From an uncultured Actinomycetota bacterium (GTDB lineage: Bacteria; Actinomycetota; Thermoleophilia; Solirubrobacterales; Solirubrobacteraceae): a stretch of 64,000 nucleotides of DNA. Below the pieces are notes generated by a model. That model worked only from the letters and a program-made list of their open reading frames with translations. It had not been told where the DNA came from and ran no database searches. The stretch covers positions 20,191 through 84,190 of the forward strand of contig CAWDRA010000007.1 in NCBI GenBank assembly GCA_963804615.1. Direction: 5' to 3'. The number at the start of each line of letters is the position of its first letter. Position 1 is the stretch's first letter. Of the stretch, positions 62,696 to 64,000 are shown piece after piece. The translations under genes and the position numbers were made by a program.

Positions 62696-63319
62696 TCAGA
62701 ACCAGGCGTATCGAATGTTGACCTGATTGCTCAGCGTTCGAGCGCTTGGGAGGGCGGCGTATATGTGCCAGGGCTGTGAGCCGCGCGCCGGAGAGCCCCA
62801 CAGGCCGCGCTTGGTACCTTCGCAGAAGTAGTTCAGCCGCATGCCCACGATCACGCTGGTGGCACCGGTTGCCAACTCGCATTTCCAGCCATTGGCCGTC
62901 TCCAACGCCCACGGCAGGCCAGCGGTCGATGGCTTTTCTCTGTTGGCGTAGCGGGCGGGCAGCCTCTTGGTCAGCTTGATCTCGAGAAGGCCACGATCCC
63001 ATGGTCCGCTCGCGGAGCACAAGACGATTGCGCGTGACTGAGAGGAGCTGAAGCACGGGTCGATGATTTCGTTGCCCGACATGCAGCGCCACGTGTCAGC
63101 GCGAGGAGATGCCGATGATGCGGTCCAGCAGGACCCGGTGAGGGCCTTCTGTACCGGCGAGACCGGCTGGCCAGCGGAGGTGAAGGGTTCAAACACCGTC
63201 GCTTGCGTGCGGACCACGCTCGCGTAGCTGACGTTCACCAGTGCGACCATGGCGAGCGCTGCTACGACCATGCTCAACAGGGCGCCACGCCGACAGCGGA
63301 AAACGACGCGGCGGCTCAT
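62696..63319 (-). CDS. Secreted cysteine-rich hypothetical protein
   Basis: Signal peptide; CW..S, WRC..GN.I.DPCF, C...TGAT...RLNYFC, terminal AWF. Confidence 0.7.
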   Translation of the reverse strand: MSRRVVFRCRRGALLSMVVAALAMVALVNVSYASVVRTQATVFEPFTSAGQPVSPVQKALTGSCWTASSASPRADTWRCMSGNEIIDPCFSSSQSRAIVLCSASGPWDRGLLEIKLTKRLPARYANREKPSTAGLPWALETANGWKCELATGATSVIVGMRLNYFCEGTKRGLWGSPARGSQPWHIYAALPSARTLSNQVNIRYAWF

Positions 63320-63547
63320 CGGGCGAGTTGATCCCATCTCGCTTGCACTCAACCAGATGCGCGAAGCTGGGGCAAGGGAGACTTGGCGAAGAGTTGTCGA
63401 CAAATCGGCGACGCGGATCTCAATCCGGAGCGATCGTGAGATCCGATCATGCCGGCACCGGACCAGATGCGCGACAGCTACGCCAAGGATGTCTCGCGAC
63501 GTGATGAAGAGTTGAGTTCGCCGCAATCAACTGACAGCATCTTTGAC

Positions 63548-64000
63548 ATGGCGACACGCGGATTCTTCGGTAGGCGGCGCGTACCTGAAGGCATGGCCGA
63601 ACGCCTGCCACCGGGCCAGTACTACGAAGAGGGGTATCCCGTTCTCACTGCCGGGCCGACGCCTCAAATCACGGTTGACGAGTGGAGCTTCACGATCGAA
63701 GGACTGGTGGCGCAGCCGCGAACCTGGAGCTGGGAGGAGATCCACGAGCTGCCGCCATCCGAGTTCGATGGGGACATCCACTGCGTGACCCGGTGGTCGA
63801 AGCTCGGGGTGAGCTTTGGAGGAGTGTCGCTCGACACGCTGCTGGACATGGTGGTCGTCGAGGATGCCGCGACCCACGTCCTTGCACACTGCTACGGCGG
63901 GTATACGACCAACCTGCCGTTGGCTGATGTTCGCGGCGGACAGGCGTGGATGGCTTGGGAGTATGAGGGCGCTCCGCTGCCAGCCGAGCACGGCGGGCCG
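63548..64000 (+). CDS. Sulfite oxidase-like molybdopterin oxidoreductase, 3' partial
   Basis: RLPPGQY, PVLTAGPTP, DIHCVTRWSK, GGYTTNLPL, EHGGP. Confidence 0.88.
   Translation, partial: MATRGFFGRRRVPEGMAERLPPGQYYEEGYPVLTAGPTPQITVDEWSFTIEGLVAQPRTWSWEEIHELPPSEFDGDIHCVTRWSKLGVSFGGVSLDTLLDMVVVEDAATHVLAHCYGGYTTNLPLADVRGGQAWMAWEYEGAPLPAEHGGP

Overview
High-GC actinobacterial chromosomal window. Gene content and protein styles suggest Thermoleophilia/Solirubrobacterales, which is an inference. It holds about 65 genes: tRNA-Leu(CAG), tRNA-Glu(CTC), purK-purE, rpiA, a DyP peroxidase + family 1 encapsulin pair, an NAD-linked formate dehydrogenase operon, an orphan Anbu proteasome-type protease, an arylsulfatase operon, many small membrane/transport genes (SulP x2, TauE, MFS x3, HdeD, SHOCT, GAP, RDD, MIP, CPA2), a MalT-like STAND-LuxR regulator, an IS1380 element with a 5-bp target-site duplication (TSD) and an IS3 element. 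Many ORFs carry single-base frameshifts, most likely long-read errors. The strongest unexplained signal is a 30-bp tripartite box, TCACCC-N5-GGGTGA-N7-TC(A/G)CCC. It occurs four times within about 3 kb of the MalT-like regulator, always 21-24 nt upstream of an apparently leaderless start codon. This suggests a locally encoded STAND-LuxR regulon of membrane/acid-stress genes, with a small ACT-like partner protein. Also notable: a LexA box in front of a small uncharacterised gene, and a lacI gene bracketed by two identical perfect operators, one followed by an orphan Shine-Dalgarno (SD) sequence.
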